The notes under the pieces: generated by a model
The model's input: the letters and a program-made list of their open reading frames with translations, nothing else
The model's database searches: none
What the model was told of the DNA's origin: nothing
Made by a program: the position numbers and the translations under genes
Shown: in pieces, positions 52,470 to 63,537 of the stretch
How the letters are laid out: each line of letters starts with the position of its first letter
Position numbering within the stretch: the stretch's first letter is position 1
Origin: an uncultured virus (IMG/VR IMGVR_UViG_3300035682_000007)
Taxonomy: Duplodnaviria; Heunggongvirae; Uroviricota; Caudoviricetes
Strand: one strand, 5' to 3'
IMG/VR virus record: IMGVR_UViG_3300035682_000007
DNA length: 64,000 nt

Positions 52470-55199
52470 TTAACTTATTGTAATTGTTCTAGTAACTCCA
52501 GATAAAAATATCTTTAATCCAGTTAATGATGAATCTTCTAACCAAATATCACCATTATTTGGTGCACTTGGTGCTGGACCAACTTCAAGTCTCATAAGAG
52601 CACTTGCTGTTGTTGATGCGGCAATATGTAAATTTGCCGTTGGATTAACCACGTTAATACCAATTTTACCTGTTGTTTGTGCTACAATGCTTGGATTACC
52701 AGCTGTTGTTGCATACGTATTTTTTCCAAACAAAACACCACCTAAATTAATTGAATTTGTTGTACCTGCAGACAACGATATATTTGTTCCTATAATTATA
52801 TTATTTGAACCTAAACTACCTAATGTTAAACCGTTACCAACATTAAATCCAAATAAATTTGAATTAGAAGCACCTGAGGCTTCCTGACCAGCAGCATAAC
52901 CAAAGAAATTTGATTGATAAGCATTTGTTGCACCATTACCAGCACTATCACCAAAAAAATTTGAAAAACTAGCACCTGTTGCTTGATAACCAGCACCAGA
53001 ACCTAAGAAATTTGAATAACTAGCACTTTTTGCACTATAACCAGCTCTATCACCAAAGAAATTTGAATTATTTGCGTTTATTGCTTGATAACCAGCTTGA
53101 TTACCAAAGAAATTAGAATTACTAGCACCTGTTGCTTGAGAACCAGTATTTTCACCTAAGAAATTTGAATTTGTTACACCACTTGAATTTAAACCAGCAC
53201 CAACTAAACCAGTTGAAAATAAACTAGACCCATTAATAACACTAATTGGTGATGCAGTAGCAGTTGGTAAATTTAAATATGTTGTTGCTGATATTATATT
53301 TGCGGTTAAATTACCGTTAATAAGTGTATTTCCAGATACATGCAATGCTTCACTTGGATTAACCACGTTAATACCAATTCTACCTTGTGTTTGTGCTACA
53401 ATGCTTGGATTAGTATTAGTAGTTGCATATGTATTTTTTCCAAATAAAACCCCACCTAAGTTAATTGAATTTGTTGTTCCTGAAGGTAATGATATATTGG
53501 TGCCAATAATTATATTATTTGAACCAACACTATCCCCTACATTAACAGCATAACCAGCTCTAAAACCAAATAAATTTGAATAACTAGCAGCGTTTGCCCC
53601 CCAACCAGCTCTAGCACCTAAAAAGTTTGAATTATTAGCGTTTGTTGAACTATAACCAGCTTGTTCACCAAAAAAGTTTGATTGATATGCGTTGGTTGCA
53701 CCATAACCAGCAGCACTACCTAAAAAGTTTGATTGGCTAGCACTTGTTGCATTATTACCAGCATTACTACCTAAAAAATTTGAAAAACTAGCACTAGTTG
53801 CAGCATAACCAGCACTAGCACCAAAAAAATTTGAAAAACCAGCACTAGTAGCGTATTGACCAGCACGATAACCAAAGAAATTTGAATAATTAGCGTTGGT
53901 TGCGTATTGACCAGCTAGCCAACCAAAGAAGTTTGAACCATGTGCATCTGTTGCACCATTACCAGCATATTGTCCAATAAAGTTTGAATTATTTGCACGT
54001 ATTGCATTCTGACCAGCATAATAACCCATGAAATTTGAATCATGTGCATCTGTTGCACCATTACCAGCTTGTTGTCCAAAGAAATTTGAATTATTAGCGT
54101 TGGTTGCGTATTGACCAGCTAGCCAACCAAAGAAGTTTGAACTAGTAGCACCTGTTGCTTGATAACCAGCATTTCTACCAAAGAAATTTGAATATTGAGC
54201 ATTTGTTGCTTGAAGACCAGCTTGATAACCAAAGAAATTTGAATATTGTGCACTTGTTGCTTGATAACCAGCACTATTACCAAAGAAATTTGAATTAGAA
54301 GCATTTGTTGCTTGAAGACCAGCACTATTACCAAAGAAGTTTGAACTAGTAACACCTGTTGCTTGATAACCAGCATAATAACCCATAAAATTTGAATATT
54401 GAGCATTTGTTGCCAAATAACCAGCAAATCGACCTATAAAATTTGATTGACTAGCACCTGTTGCATTATAACCAGCCTGATTACCAAAGAAATTTGAATC
54501 ATTAGCATTTGTTGCACCATAACCAGCATAAGGACCTAAAAAGTTTGAATCATTAGCATTTGTTGCACCATAACCAGCATAAGGACCTAAAAAGTTTGAA
54601 TCATTAGCATTAGTTGCTACAATACCAGTTTGATTACCTAAAAAATTTGAATTATATGCCTCTGTCGCATTTTGACCAGCACCTAACCCTATAAAATTTG
54701 AAGTACTAGCATTTGTTGCTAGATAACCAGCACCTAACCCTATAAAATTTGAATTACCAGCATTAGTTGCCCCAAAACCTGCATAAGCACCTATGAAATT
54801 TGAATCGTGTGCATTTGTTGCTTGAAGACCAGCTTGAAAACCCAAGAAATTTGAACTACTAGCATCTGTTGCTTGATAACCAGCTTGATTACCAACAACA
54901 AACATATTATTTGATGACGCTTCAGCAGTATCACCAAAAGCTATAGAACTTGCACCATTTGCAATAGGTAGCGTTGCAGGTGGTGTTTCATTTTCAGCAT
55001 ACCACGCAGCACTACTACCTGTAGTAAATCCAGTTACACTAAATGTACCACCAGTATTGTTTGTAAAAGTAGCTGTACCAGCAGAATATATACCACCAGA
55101 AACAAAAATATCATTAAAGTATTCTTGTGATATTTTTAAATTACTATTTAATGATGGATATCCACCAGCTTTATCTTTATTTAACTTACTTTCAAACAT
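52470..55199 (-). CDS. Tail fibre/adhesin with two 17-aa repeat arrays (about 26 and 7 units)
   Basis: Same repeat and cap module as the 20421 and 31588 ORFs. Confidence 0.75.
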   Translation of the reverse strand: MFESKLNKDKAGGYPSLNSNLKISQEYFNDIFVSGGIYSAGTATFTNNTGGTFSVTGFTTGSSAAWYAENETPPATLPIANGASSIAFGDTAEASSNNMFVVGNQAGYQATDASSSNFLGFQAGLQATNAHDSNFIGAYAGFGATNAGNSNFIGLGAGYLATNASTSNFIGLGAGQNATEAYNSNFLGNQTGIVATNANDSNFLGPYAGYGATNANDSNFLGPYAGYGATNANDSNFFGNQAGYNATGASQSNFIGRFAGYLATNAQYSNFMGYYAGYQATGVTSSNFFGNSAGLQATNASNSNFFGNSAGYQATSAQYSNFFGYQAGLQATNAQYSNFFGRNAGYQATGATSSNFFGWLAGQYATNANNSNFFGQQAGNGATDAHDSNFMGYYAGQNAIRANNSNFIGQYAGNGATDAHGSNFFGWLAGQYATNANYSNFFGYRAGQYATSAGFSNFFGASAGYAATSASFSNFLGSNAGNNATSASQSNFLGSAAGYGATNAYQSNFFGEQAGYSSTNANNSNFLGARAGWGANAASYSNLFGFRAGYAVNVGDSVGSNNIIIGTNISLPSGTTNSINLGGVLFGKNTYATTNTNPSIVAQTQGRIGINVVNPSEALHVSGNTLINGNLTANIISATTYLNLPTATASPISVINGSSLFSTGLVGAGLNSSGVTNSNFLGENTGSQATGASNSNFFGNQAGYQAINANNSNFFGDRAGYSAKSASYSNFLGSGAGYQATGASFSNFFGDSAGNGATNAYQSNFFGYAAGQEASGASNSNLFGFNVGNGLTLGSLGSNNIIIGTNISLSAGTTNSINLGGVLFGKNTYATTAGNPSIVAQTTGKIGINVVNPTANLHIAASTTASALMRLEVGPAPSAPNNGDIWLEDSSLTGLKIFLSGVTRTITIS

Positions 55200-55224
55200 T
55201 TTTTTATTTGTTAATTATATATTT

Positions 55225-55872
55225 TTATTTTTTTAGTATTTCATTTAATTTTTGAAAATACTTTCCAATTCTTTGACTTAGCCTAATTCTAGGGTCATTT
55301 ATTTCTCTATTAACATCTTCATATTTTAACACAAAACCAAAACTTAAAAAAATTCTTCTAGAATTAAATTCGTTGGTCCAATGTTTGTACAATGAAGCTT
55401 CAAAACAATATAAATCGGTTTCTTCTATATTAACCACTTCGTCACCTACATAAAAATCATAATCCTCAGACAAAATGCTTATATTGCATTTATAATTAAC
55501 ATAACCATCAATCGATGCATCATAATGTGGATTTATTTTACCACCTTTATTCATATCAACTGCTTGAAGAAAAATATTATCTTTTGGTAAATTAAATTCA
55601 TTTACTATTCTATCAATAATATTATGTAAAAAATCTGGCAATGGTTCCAAAGATACATCAGAAATTGATTGAAACTTTGTAATATAATTTGTTAATGGTG
55701 TATTTGAGATATCAAAAATACAAGATTTACCTTTTAATTTTTTAGATAATTCTGATAAATGATAATTACTATCATCACCAGTATGGTTAACAGAATCTAT
55801 CCATTTAACTATTTGGTTTGCCTCATCTTTTGTGATGAAGTTTTTTTTAATCTTGTATGTTTCCGAATCCAC
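55225..55872 (-). CDS. 2OG-Fe(II) oxygenase
   Basis: GGKINPHYD...H.......R..LSFGF (HxD...H...R). Confidence 0.75.
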   Translation of the reverse strand: MDSETYKIKKNFITKDEANQIVKWIDSVNHTGDDSNYHLSELSKKLKGKSCIFDISNTPLTNYITKFQSISDVSLEPLPDFLHNIIDRIVNEFNLPKDNIFLQAVDMNKGGKINPHYDASIDGYVNYKCNISILSEDYDFYVGDEVVNIEETDLYCFEASLYKHWTNEFNSRRIFLSFGFVLKYEDVNREINDPRIRLSQRIGKYFQKLNEILKK

Positions 55873-56122
55873 CTAATTTTCCAATTTTTTTAAGATTATG
55901 TTTTTCCAAAAATTCTTTTGGTCCCATAGCTTCAATAATGGTTAATTCAGCTGAATCAATTAATTGTTTAGCTTTTTCTTCAGTTACTGCCATAAAACAA
56001 AATTTATGTGTTGCTGGTAATTCTCCAGTTGGTGATAAATCTATTTTTAAGATATTATCATTTTTCATTTTTTCTCTTGCTTGAAGAACTTTGCCTTCTT
56101 CACATAATATACAGATTCTCAT
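55847..56122 (-). CDS. Hypothetical protein (91 aa)
   Basis: Co-oriented ORF overlapping the oxygenase start. Confidence 0.6.
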   Translation of the reverse strand: MRICILCEEGKVLQAREKMKNDNILKIDLSPTGELPATHKFCFMAVTEEKAKQLIDSAELTIIEAMGPKEFLEKHNLKKIGKLGGFGNIQD

Positions 56123-56132
56123 ATTATTTTTT

Positions 56133-58940
56133 TTATTGGTTGATATTTGTTATTGTTAATACATCATTTTCATCATAAAAGGATAATCTTTTTTCACCAC
56201 CTTTTCTTTCAAAAATAGCACAGTTATATGTTTCATAAACTGATGGTTTAGTACTTATACCCGATACCGTAACCACAACATCATCAACACTATCAGTACC
56301 ACCTATCAAACTACCTAACATTGTGATGGTGTTACCACACATGTATAAATTACCTTCAGTATTACCACTAACACCGATAACTGTATTTCCAGACACTTCA
56401 ACATTAAAAGTAGCACCAATACCATTACCGTTAGTTGTACCACCTAACCCCAAATATATATTATCAGTTGCTGTTGAACCAAGTGCAGTATATGTAAAGC
56501 CAGTTATATTTCCTAAGTTAAGTGTAAAATCAACACTATTAATGTCTGTATTAACAACATTATGTTTGAAATTTTCACCTATAGTGCTGTTGCTAATACT
56601 ATCATAAAAATTATTAGCGTAAAAACCATCACTTATATTATTACCATAAAAACCTCCAACCCAAGAATTACCAAAAACACCACCCTTAAAGTTGTTATCA
56701 AGGGTATATGCTCCCATGTTATTTGAACTAGTTGACCCTGAAAATTCGTTTGATAAAACAAAAGAGTTAATATTGTTAATATAAAAATCACTAAGAATAT
56801 AGTTACCCTTAAAATCATCATCAATTTTATTATTTTCGAACCCAGCACCATTAATTTCAGATGATTGTGTATATATTGAATTCCATTCAGTACCTACAGG
56901 GGATTGGTTGGTATTCCAATTTGATTCATCTGCTGAATTATAAATTGCACCATTATTACCTCTTTTAATCTCTAAACTACCAGGAACAATCACATCAACT
57001 TCAGAACCATAATTTCTTTTTGTAAAATATACTGTAGGTTCTATTGTTGGGTGAACTTTTGTTCTTTCATATGAAAAACCACTACCATTACCGTTTTGTG
57101 TCCATTGGGTAAATTTAACTTTATGGTATTCATCGTTAACAGTATCGTGCATTATAAGTTCTTTTCCCAATATAACATGTCCAATCTTTTCCCCACCATC
57201 ACCATACAATGAACTATAAAATGTGTTATATGTCCTACCATTTAAATTTTCAAAATCAGTATTATCCCAATTAAAATATTGGCTATTACCTAATGTGTTA
57301 TTTGTAAAGGAATTTTTAATTTGATTATTTTTAAAAAAATATGAAACACCATTATTGTCAAAATAATTTCCAATATTGTTATCTTGGAAATAATCACCAA
57401 TTAACTCATTATTTGCAAACATCTCACCAATATTATTACTATTAAAATTATCACCAATATTTTGGTTATTGTTAAAATCCAAACCAATAACGTTTTCACC
57501 AAAATAACCATTTGTTATATTATAATTAAAATTATTAGCAATTTGATTATTTTGAAAAGATTGTCTAATTATATTTCCATCAAAGTAGTTACCAATTATA
57601 TTTCTATTAAAATTAAAATTGTTTAAATTTCCAAAATCACCTATGGTATTGTTTTGAAAATAATTGTCTATTGTGTTTTCATAAAACCCAGAATATAAGG
57701 TATTATTATTAAAATAATTACCAATTTTATTGTTAGCAAAATCAGTATTATTTTCGGTTAATAATCTATTGTCGTAAAAATTATTACCAATTTGGTTGTT
57801 ATCCAGATTAAGATTTATAAGGTTTCTGTAAAAATAATGACCAATAATACACGTATCAATATCATTTGTTGATACGTTTTCGTAACACCAATCACCCCAT
57901 GTATTGTTTTGATTATCAGTACCAAAAGTGTTATTATAACAATAATCACCAAATTTATTACTTTCGTATTGACCTTGTATAAACACATTATTTGCTAATA
58001 TAAAAGTTCCATCCGATATGTTTGTGTAGTTATTTGCGTAATTACCCACGTAGTTGTTTTTAGCGTAACTTTCATCAATCGCATCACCAAATGTTGTGTA
58101 TTCTATAAAATCATCTGTTTTAACATTTGTTCTTTTGTAACTAAAATACCCTCCATATTCATCATCATTAGTAATCTCCTCAACAGCTAAATAAAATGCC
58201 GAACCTGTTCCAGTTGAACCTATTGTATCACCAGAAACTGTCATTGTCAGGTTATCAGTAATAGTAACAATTTCATAATAATTAGGTGTTGCATTAGGGA
58301 TGTTAATAATATTACCAACGGTTAACGCTGTAAAAGATGTGTTTACACCATTAATAGTACCATCATTTAATAGTTCCGTTGTACCATTTAAACGTAAACC
58401 TTCTCTATGTGTATACAAACGATATCTTTTAAATAAAATTGTTCTATGGTCGTAATCTGTTCTATTATTGAACTCATCAATTCTTTCTGTTATTCTACCA
58501 TAAGCTACTGAATTAGTAACTTCAGTTGCACTAAAAGTCCAATCATATTTAATCTTATCGTTAGGATACAATGGTTGATAAGCATCCATCGAAATTGTTG
58601 ATATACTAGTGGCAAAAACTATAATAGGTTCAACAACCCCTTGCTTAGTATTACCAGTAGTTATTGGATTATTCTCGATATCAAAATCTGGTTGGTCATA
58701 ACATGTTTTAAAATCACTTATCATATAAAAACTACCAGTACTTAAACCACTAGTACTTATAGCACTCACTAAACCTGTGTATGTTAAATTTGTTATGTCA
58801 CCACCACCACCATGGATTTGACCGTTTTCATCTTTTGCTTTGATGTTAAAATCACTTAAATCAATAAATAGATTTGACCCACCAGCTTCTGGTGTTGGGA
58901 CTTGTGATGCGTTTTGACCTTGAAATTGAATATATTGCAT
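56133..58940 (-). CDS. Asn-rich beta-helix tail spike/fibre protein
   Basis: Many IGNxFxNNx repeats. Confidence 0.7.
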   Translation of the reverse strand: MQYIQFQGQNASQVPTPEAGGSNLFIDLSDFNIKAKDENGQIHGGGGDITNLTYTGLVSAISTSGLSTGSFYMISDFKTCYDQPDFDIENNPITTGNTKQGVVEPIIVFATSISTISMDAYQPLYPNDKIKYDWTFSATEVTNSVAYGRITERIDEFNNRTDYDHRTILFKRYRLYTHREGLRLNGTTELLNDGTINGVNTSFTALTVGNIINIPNATPNYYEIVTITDNLTMTVSGDTIGSTGTGSAFYLAVEEITNDDEYGGYFSYKRTNVKTDDFIEYTTFGDAIDESYAKNNYVGNYANNYTNISDGTFILANNVFIQGQYESNKFGDYCYNNTFGTDNQNNTWGDWCYENVSTNDIDTCIIGHYFYRNLINLNLDNNQIGNNFYDNRLLTENNTDFANNKIGNYFNNNTLYSGFYENTIDNYFQNNTIGDFGNLNNFNFNRNIIGNYFDGNIIRQSFQNNQIANNFNYNITNGYFGENVIGLDFNNNQNIGDNFNSNNIGEMFANNELIGDYFQDNNIGNYFDNNGVSYFFKNNQIKNSFTNNTLGNSQYFNWDNTDFENLNGRTYNTFYSSLYGDGGEKIGHVILGKELIMHDTVNDEYHKVKFTQWTQNGNGSGFSYERTKVHPTIEPTVYFTKRNYGSEVDVIVPGSLEIKRGNNGAIYNSADESNWNTNQSPVGTEWNSIYTQSSEINGAGFENNKIDDDFKGNYILSDFYINNINSFVLSNEFSGSTSSNNMGAYTLDNNFKGGVFGNSWVGGFYGNNISDGFYANNFYDSISNSTIGENFKHNVVNTDINSVDFTLNLGNITGFTYTALGSTATDNIYLGLGGTTNGNGIGATFNVEVSGNTVIGVSGNTEGNLYMCGNTITMLGSLIGGTDSVDDVVVTVSGISTKPSVYETYNCAIFERKGGEKRLSFYDENDVLTITNINQ

Positions 58941-58944
58941 AATT

Positions 58945-59457
58945 TTAAATTATTATTCCTGTACCTGTTATTATTGAGTTTCCATTTAATATTACTGCAC
59001 CAGCAACATTAATTAAACCATCATTTGTTATGTTGCTATCTTTTAATAATAAATTACCACCGATAAATATTTGTGAAAATTTGTTAAATGTTAAATCACC
59101 TATTGTTATAGGTGTATCTCTTTGCAATACTAAATCACTATCTACTAAAACATAATCACCTGAAATCAAAATAGTTTCATCACTTTTTAAAATCTTATTT
59201 TGATTTTCTTCCCAATGTTTTACGTTAGTTGTAAAACCACTAAGTTCAATTGAATTACCATCTGAATTGTTAAGGATAGCGATACCAGTATTATTATCAT
59301 ATGTACCACCAGTTAATGATGTGTTAATAGTACCAATAAAATTAGTTAAACCACTTAACGTCATTTGTTTTGTTTTGCCATTGTTTACAATAGGAAATAC
59401 ATCGCTAAGCGTTGGATTATCGTTGTATTCAAATGCGGTTATCTTTTTATTAGACAT
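58945..59457 (-). CDS. Hypothetical virion protein
   Basis: Fibre-type N-terminus KKIT......T.SDVFPIV.NG.TK; LTGGTY module; late motif at 59475. Confidence 0.6.
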   Translation of the reverse strand: MSNKKITAFEYNDNPTLSDVFPIVNNGKTKQMTLSGLTNFIGTINTSLTGGTYDNNTGIAILNNSDGNSIELSGFTTNVKHWEENQNKILKSDETILISGDYVLVDSDLVLQRDTPITIGDLTFNKFSQIFIGGNLLLKDSNITNDGLINVAGAVILNGNSIITGTGIII

Positions 59458-59528
59458 GGTTAGTTTTGTTTATTATAAATATGTTATTTAATAATAAAAT
59501 TACTTTAAATATGATTAATTTTAAAATA

Positions 59529-61406
59529 TTACCAATTTATTCCGTAACCATCTTGTTGTAATATAAAATATGTGTTTTCTTGTAGTATTAAATTATCATC
59601 TATAAACCCATATTTATTAGCTTCAGCTGCATAAGCATTTTGAATTTGACATAAAGACATATCACAAATATTAAATTTAAATTGTGATATTCCACCAATA
59701 AAACTACCAGCAAAATTTGTTTCGATTGGTAATCCTCTATCTGATAAATCTAAACCACCAAAAGTCTGACTTTCAATTAAACCTTGACTACCACCACCTA
59801 AACTAAAATTAAATGGAACGCCAACTTGTTTAGCTTTATATTCATCAAGTCTTTTACCAATAAATTCTGGGAAATTATACACAGTGAATTTTAACATACC
59901 ATTAACATAAAACTTAAGTTTACCATTTCTAGGTTTTGCTAATTTTAAATCACATTCTGATTTATTATCTGCAACATATTTAATCACTATATTATACCAA
60001 TATCTAGGGTCAATTAAATTAGGTATTGAATAAGCTTCATGAACTGTAGCCCCAGTTATGTATTTTCTATCAGTACCATTTGTTACACACGTACCTGTAA
60101 CTGTTAATAATCTATATCCAATACTACCATCGGGTTTAATTCTAAAACCTAATGCGTTATCGATTATATCAATATTATAATCAATACTAGTTTCAGGTGT
60201 ATTGCGGCCACTAAATGAATATGTTGTTTCATTACCCAATCCATCACCAGGACCATTACATGTTCCAGTATCACCTGTTATTACTTTACCTGAACCTCTA
60301 CCATAAATTAAAAATGGATTTTGCTCATTGGTTAATTTTTTTCTAACACTAGCAACTGGAATACCACCACCATTATAAGTATATACTGTTTGAGCTCCTA
60401 ATCCATCAAGACTATTACCACAACCATTATTAATATTATGAATATTTGGTGTTGAACCACTAGTATATATAAGATTAGAATTAATCCCAGATAATGGACT
60501 TGGTTTAGCATCATATGCTTTACCATAAATTAAAAATCCGTTTGTAATTAAATCAATATCAGTTCTTGGTGGGTCTAAAGAAACACCAAGACCATAATCA
60601 CCAGCAATAACTATTTCATTTTCTTTTGGTATTGTACACCATTCACTTACAGTTTCACCGCTTGTACAACCACTTGTGTTACAATCAACAGTACAACCAG
60701 TATCTGAACCCTCCCAAAGATTCCAAAATTTATTTTCAGCACGAGTACCCATATAGAAGAAAAAACCACTATTATTTGGGTATGTATCATTAAGTATTGT
60801 ATCACCTGCTGTTGCAAATTGTTTTGTAGTTAACCAAAATTCAGCTGTCCATGCATGATTAACTCTAGTTGGTAATATTTGATAATTAGAACCATCAATT
60901 TTATAATATCCTTGATAAAATCCACCATAAAGACTAAGAAAATTTTCAATTAAAGGTGTTGATGGGTCTATAATTATTTCATGTGGGTATACATAATTAC
61001 CTGTTGTACCTGTTACCATGTGCATATGAAATCTATTATCATTAGCTGGTATTGTCAATGTAGAACCTGTCAATGCTGATAATAAATCTAAATTTAATTT
61101 ATCGTCAGGGTCTTTATCAAAAGTTATTAAACCATTATCAATACCTGTTAAACCAATAGTATCAAAAGTATAACCAGTATTTACCGAACCATTCCATGTT
61201 ACAAGACTATAAATATTATTTGATGCGTTATCATTATATGTGTTTAAATTATTAAAATCGTACCATACAACAAAACAATCACCTGAAGATAATGGCCCAC
61301 AATAAGGTGCAGGGCTCTCATCGTTAGCTAAATAAAAATCCCAATAATCACTGTTGGATAATTTTAGGTTTAGTTTATTAAAGTTAAAATTTTTGATATT
61401 TCCCAT
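59529..61406 (-). CDS. Virion structural protein with LamG-like fold elements
   Basis: WTAEFW...WYNIVI...LKFYVNG...SFIGGISQFKF; terminal LILQENTYFILQQDG. Confidence 0.55.
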   Translation of the reverse strand: MGNIKNFNFNKLNLKLSNSDYWDFYLANDESPAPYCGPLSSGDCFVVWYDFNNLNTYNDNASNNIYSLVTWNGSVNTGYTFDTIGLTGIDNGLITFDKDPDDKLNLDLLSALTGSTLTIPANDNRFHMHMVTGTTGNYVYPHEIIIDPSTPLIENFLSLYGGFYQGYYKIDGSNYQILPTRVNHAWTAEFWLTTKQFATAGDTILNDTYPNNSGFFFYMGTRAENKFWNLWEGSDTGCTVDCNTSGCTSGETVSEWCTIPKENEIVIAGDYGLGVSLDPPRTDIDLITNGFLIYGKAYDAKPSPLSGINSNLIYTSGSTPNIHNINNGCGNSLDGLGAQTVYTYNGGGIPVASVRKKLTNEQNPFLIYGRGSGKVITGDTGTCNGPGDGLGNETTYSFSGRNTPETSIDYNIDIIDNALGFRIKPDGSIGYRLLTVTGTCVTNGTDRKYITGATVHEAYSIPNLIDPRYWYNIVIKYVADNKSECDLKLAKPRNGKLKFYVNGMLKFTVYNFPEFIGKRLDEYKAKQVGVPFNFSLGGGSQGLIESQTFGGLDLSDRGLPIETNFAGSFIGGISQFKFNICDMSLCQIQNAYAAEANKYGFIDDNLILQENTYFILQQDGYGINW

Positions 61407-61408
61407 AG

Positions 61409-63475
61409 TTAAAAGCTTTCTAAATTAGTGCGTTTCCATCCTGTACTACTCTTAATATATAAATAGTCATCATCTCTAGTAACGTTACCTAAATTCCCAT
61501 TGGTGTCTGTTGAACCACTTGGTGTATAATTAGGTATTGTAATTTTATTAGGTATAAAATCATTATTTGTTACCCAATTTCCATTTTCGTCAGTAATTAA
61601 TTCCGCACCTAAATCAACGCCCATCGCATGTAATACGGTTATACCACCACCAATGGCTGTTTCAACAGTACCACTATAATTTAAATCTATATTATTATCT
61701 TCAGCAAGTATTGTCTGTGTTTCTAAATGTGTATTGTTTGAAATTGTTATACCACTTGATAATTCTTTTACTGCTTCAACCAATAATGGAATTATTCCAT
61801 CAATATGAAGACCCATATATCCATCAACTGGATTTGTAAATACAAGTCTAGAATCTATATTATTAACTTGTTGTGCGATAAAACCTAATCTAACAGCATC
61901 AGTTCCAGCATTTCTATCTTTCCATTGATATGATACACCTTGCAACGCATTAATTGTTAATAATGCTTCAGAAAGTGGTGTAATATTTTCTTTAAGTCTT
62001 TCGTCAGAAGTGTTTGTTGTTAAATTACCATTAGCATCAATTCTAATATCATTAGCAAAAGCTGTTGACCCAATTGTTTTAACATTTAATTGATTAACAT
62101 ATGTAGTGTTATCTGTTGTTCCAGTAATAAAACTACCTAAAACTATTGTACCAATTCCATTAGCTGTTGACCCAGAACCATGAACAAAACTAGCTGAACC
62201 ACTAGCACTTGATGAAGCTCCACCAGCATGACTATAATCACCACTAGCAATTGTCCCACTACCCTCTGCATGTGAACCTGAACCACTAGCAATTGTCCCA
62301 CTACCCTCTGCATGTGAACCTGAACCACTAGAAATCGTTGTGTCACCCTCAGCGTGTGAGGCATAATTACTAGCGATAGTTTCTGTACCTTCTGCATGTG
62401 ACCAGTCACCATTAGCTTGTGTATTACCACCTTCACTGTGACTACCATCACCATTAGCTTGTGTGTTTATACCTTCAGCATGTGAAACAAAACCAGTAGC
62501 TACTGAAAGATTACCTTCAGCATGTGAAACATCACCATTAGCTTGTGTATAACTACCTTCTGCATGTGAATAAATTCCATGAGCTAATGTATTAACACCT
62601 TCAGCATGACTTCCATCACCATTAGCTTGTGTTGTATCACCTTCAGCATGACTAGCAAAAGCATTAGCTATTGTGTTGTTTCCTTCACTATGTGAATCCT
62701 GACCATTAGCTATTGTGGCGTGTCCTTCAGCATGTGAATTATTTCCAACAGCTAATGAACCATTTCCTTCGGCAAATGCATAATCACCAGTTGCATCGAC
62801 ACCTGAATCGTTAATTGTTTTTATTGAATAATAACCTGTTGAACCAGAAACCCAATATTGATTAGTTATGGCTGAAATAGAACTCCAATTACCTTTACCT
62901 TCAGAATCTATACATGTAAAAACACTTCCAATATTAGCATTATTTGTTATTATAAGGTCTTGAGTTCTTGTTATACCTGAAACATCATTCCATATTGTTC
63001 TACCAGTAAAATCAAGTGTTGATGCTGAATAATAATCAACAAAATCACTTTGCACGCTACCAACATAATTTCCACCACCTAAATCGTACATAGCAATTGG
63101 TGTTAAATCAAAAGTAACTCCAGTATAAGCAGTTGCAACACTATTACCATCAATTAATACATAAGGATTACCAGTAAAACCTGATGCGTTTTGTGTGATA
63201 CCAGAATTTATTGGTGTAATAGGTACTAAACTAGAAATTGCAGTTTCCATAAATGGGTCATACCACGTATAAACAGTTGTTGCTGAATTACCTGAAAAAG
63301 TACTTAATAAAAAAGTTGATGTGGATGTAAGCCCTGTTGTAGTTAAATTTGGTCCACTTGGTAATGAACTAAATGGTACACCAAATGATGTAGCACCAGA
63401 TAAAACAGTAATTGTTTCTATGTTTTGTTTAACTTGTCTATTGTTAGAAAAATCTAATTTTGTTGTAAATCCCAT
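61409..63475 (-). CDS. Fibre with YadA-head-like 14-aa repeats and peptidase S74 intramolecular chaperone
   Basis: SHAEGxxTxAxGxx repeats; TSDERLKENI...GFIAQQV...LVEAVKEL. Confidence 0.85.
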   Translation of the reverse strand: MGFTTKLDFSNNRQVKQNIETITVLSGATSFGVPFSSLPSGPNLTTTGLTSTSTFLLSTFSGNSATTVYTWYDPFMETAISSLVPITPINSGITQNASGFTGNPYVLIDGNSVATAYTGVTFDLTPIAMYDLGGGNYVGSVQSDFVDYYSASTLDFTGRTIWNDVSGITRTQDLIITNNANIGSVFTCIDSEGKGNWSSISAITNQYWVSGSTGYYSIKTINDSGVDATGDYAFAEGNGSLAVGNNSHAEGHATIANGQDSHSEGNNTIANAFASHAEGDTTQANGDGSHAEGVNTLAHGIYSHAEGSYTQANGDVSHAEGNLSVATGFVSHAEGINTQANGDGSHSEGGNTQANGDWSHAEGTETIASNYASHAEGDTTISSGSGSHAEGSGTIASGSGSHAEGSGTIASGDYSHAGGASSSASGSASFVHGSGSTANGIGTIVLGSFITGTTDNTTYVNQLNVKTIGSTAFANDIRIDANGNLTTNTSDERLKENITPLSEALLTINALQGVSYQWKDRNAGTDAVRLGFIAQQVNNIDSRLVFTNPVDGYMGLHIDGIIPLLVEAVKELSSGITISNNTHLETQTILAEDNNIDLNYSGTVETAIGGGITVLHAMGVDLGAELITDENGNWVTNNDFIPNKITIPNYTPSGSTDTNGNLGNVTRDDDYLYIKSSTGWKRTNLESF

Positions 63476-63537
63476 AATTTAATAGTTTTATTATAAATAT
63501 TCTAACTTTCCATTATATTTATAATAAAAGATAAATT

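Noticed and set aside
52850..54900. AGYxAT repeats as an ice-nucleation protein
   Set aside because: The period is 17, not 16, there is no TxT ladder, and the context and cap motifs are those of phage fibres
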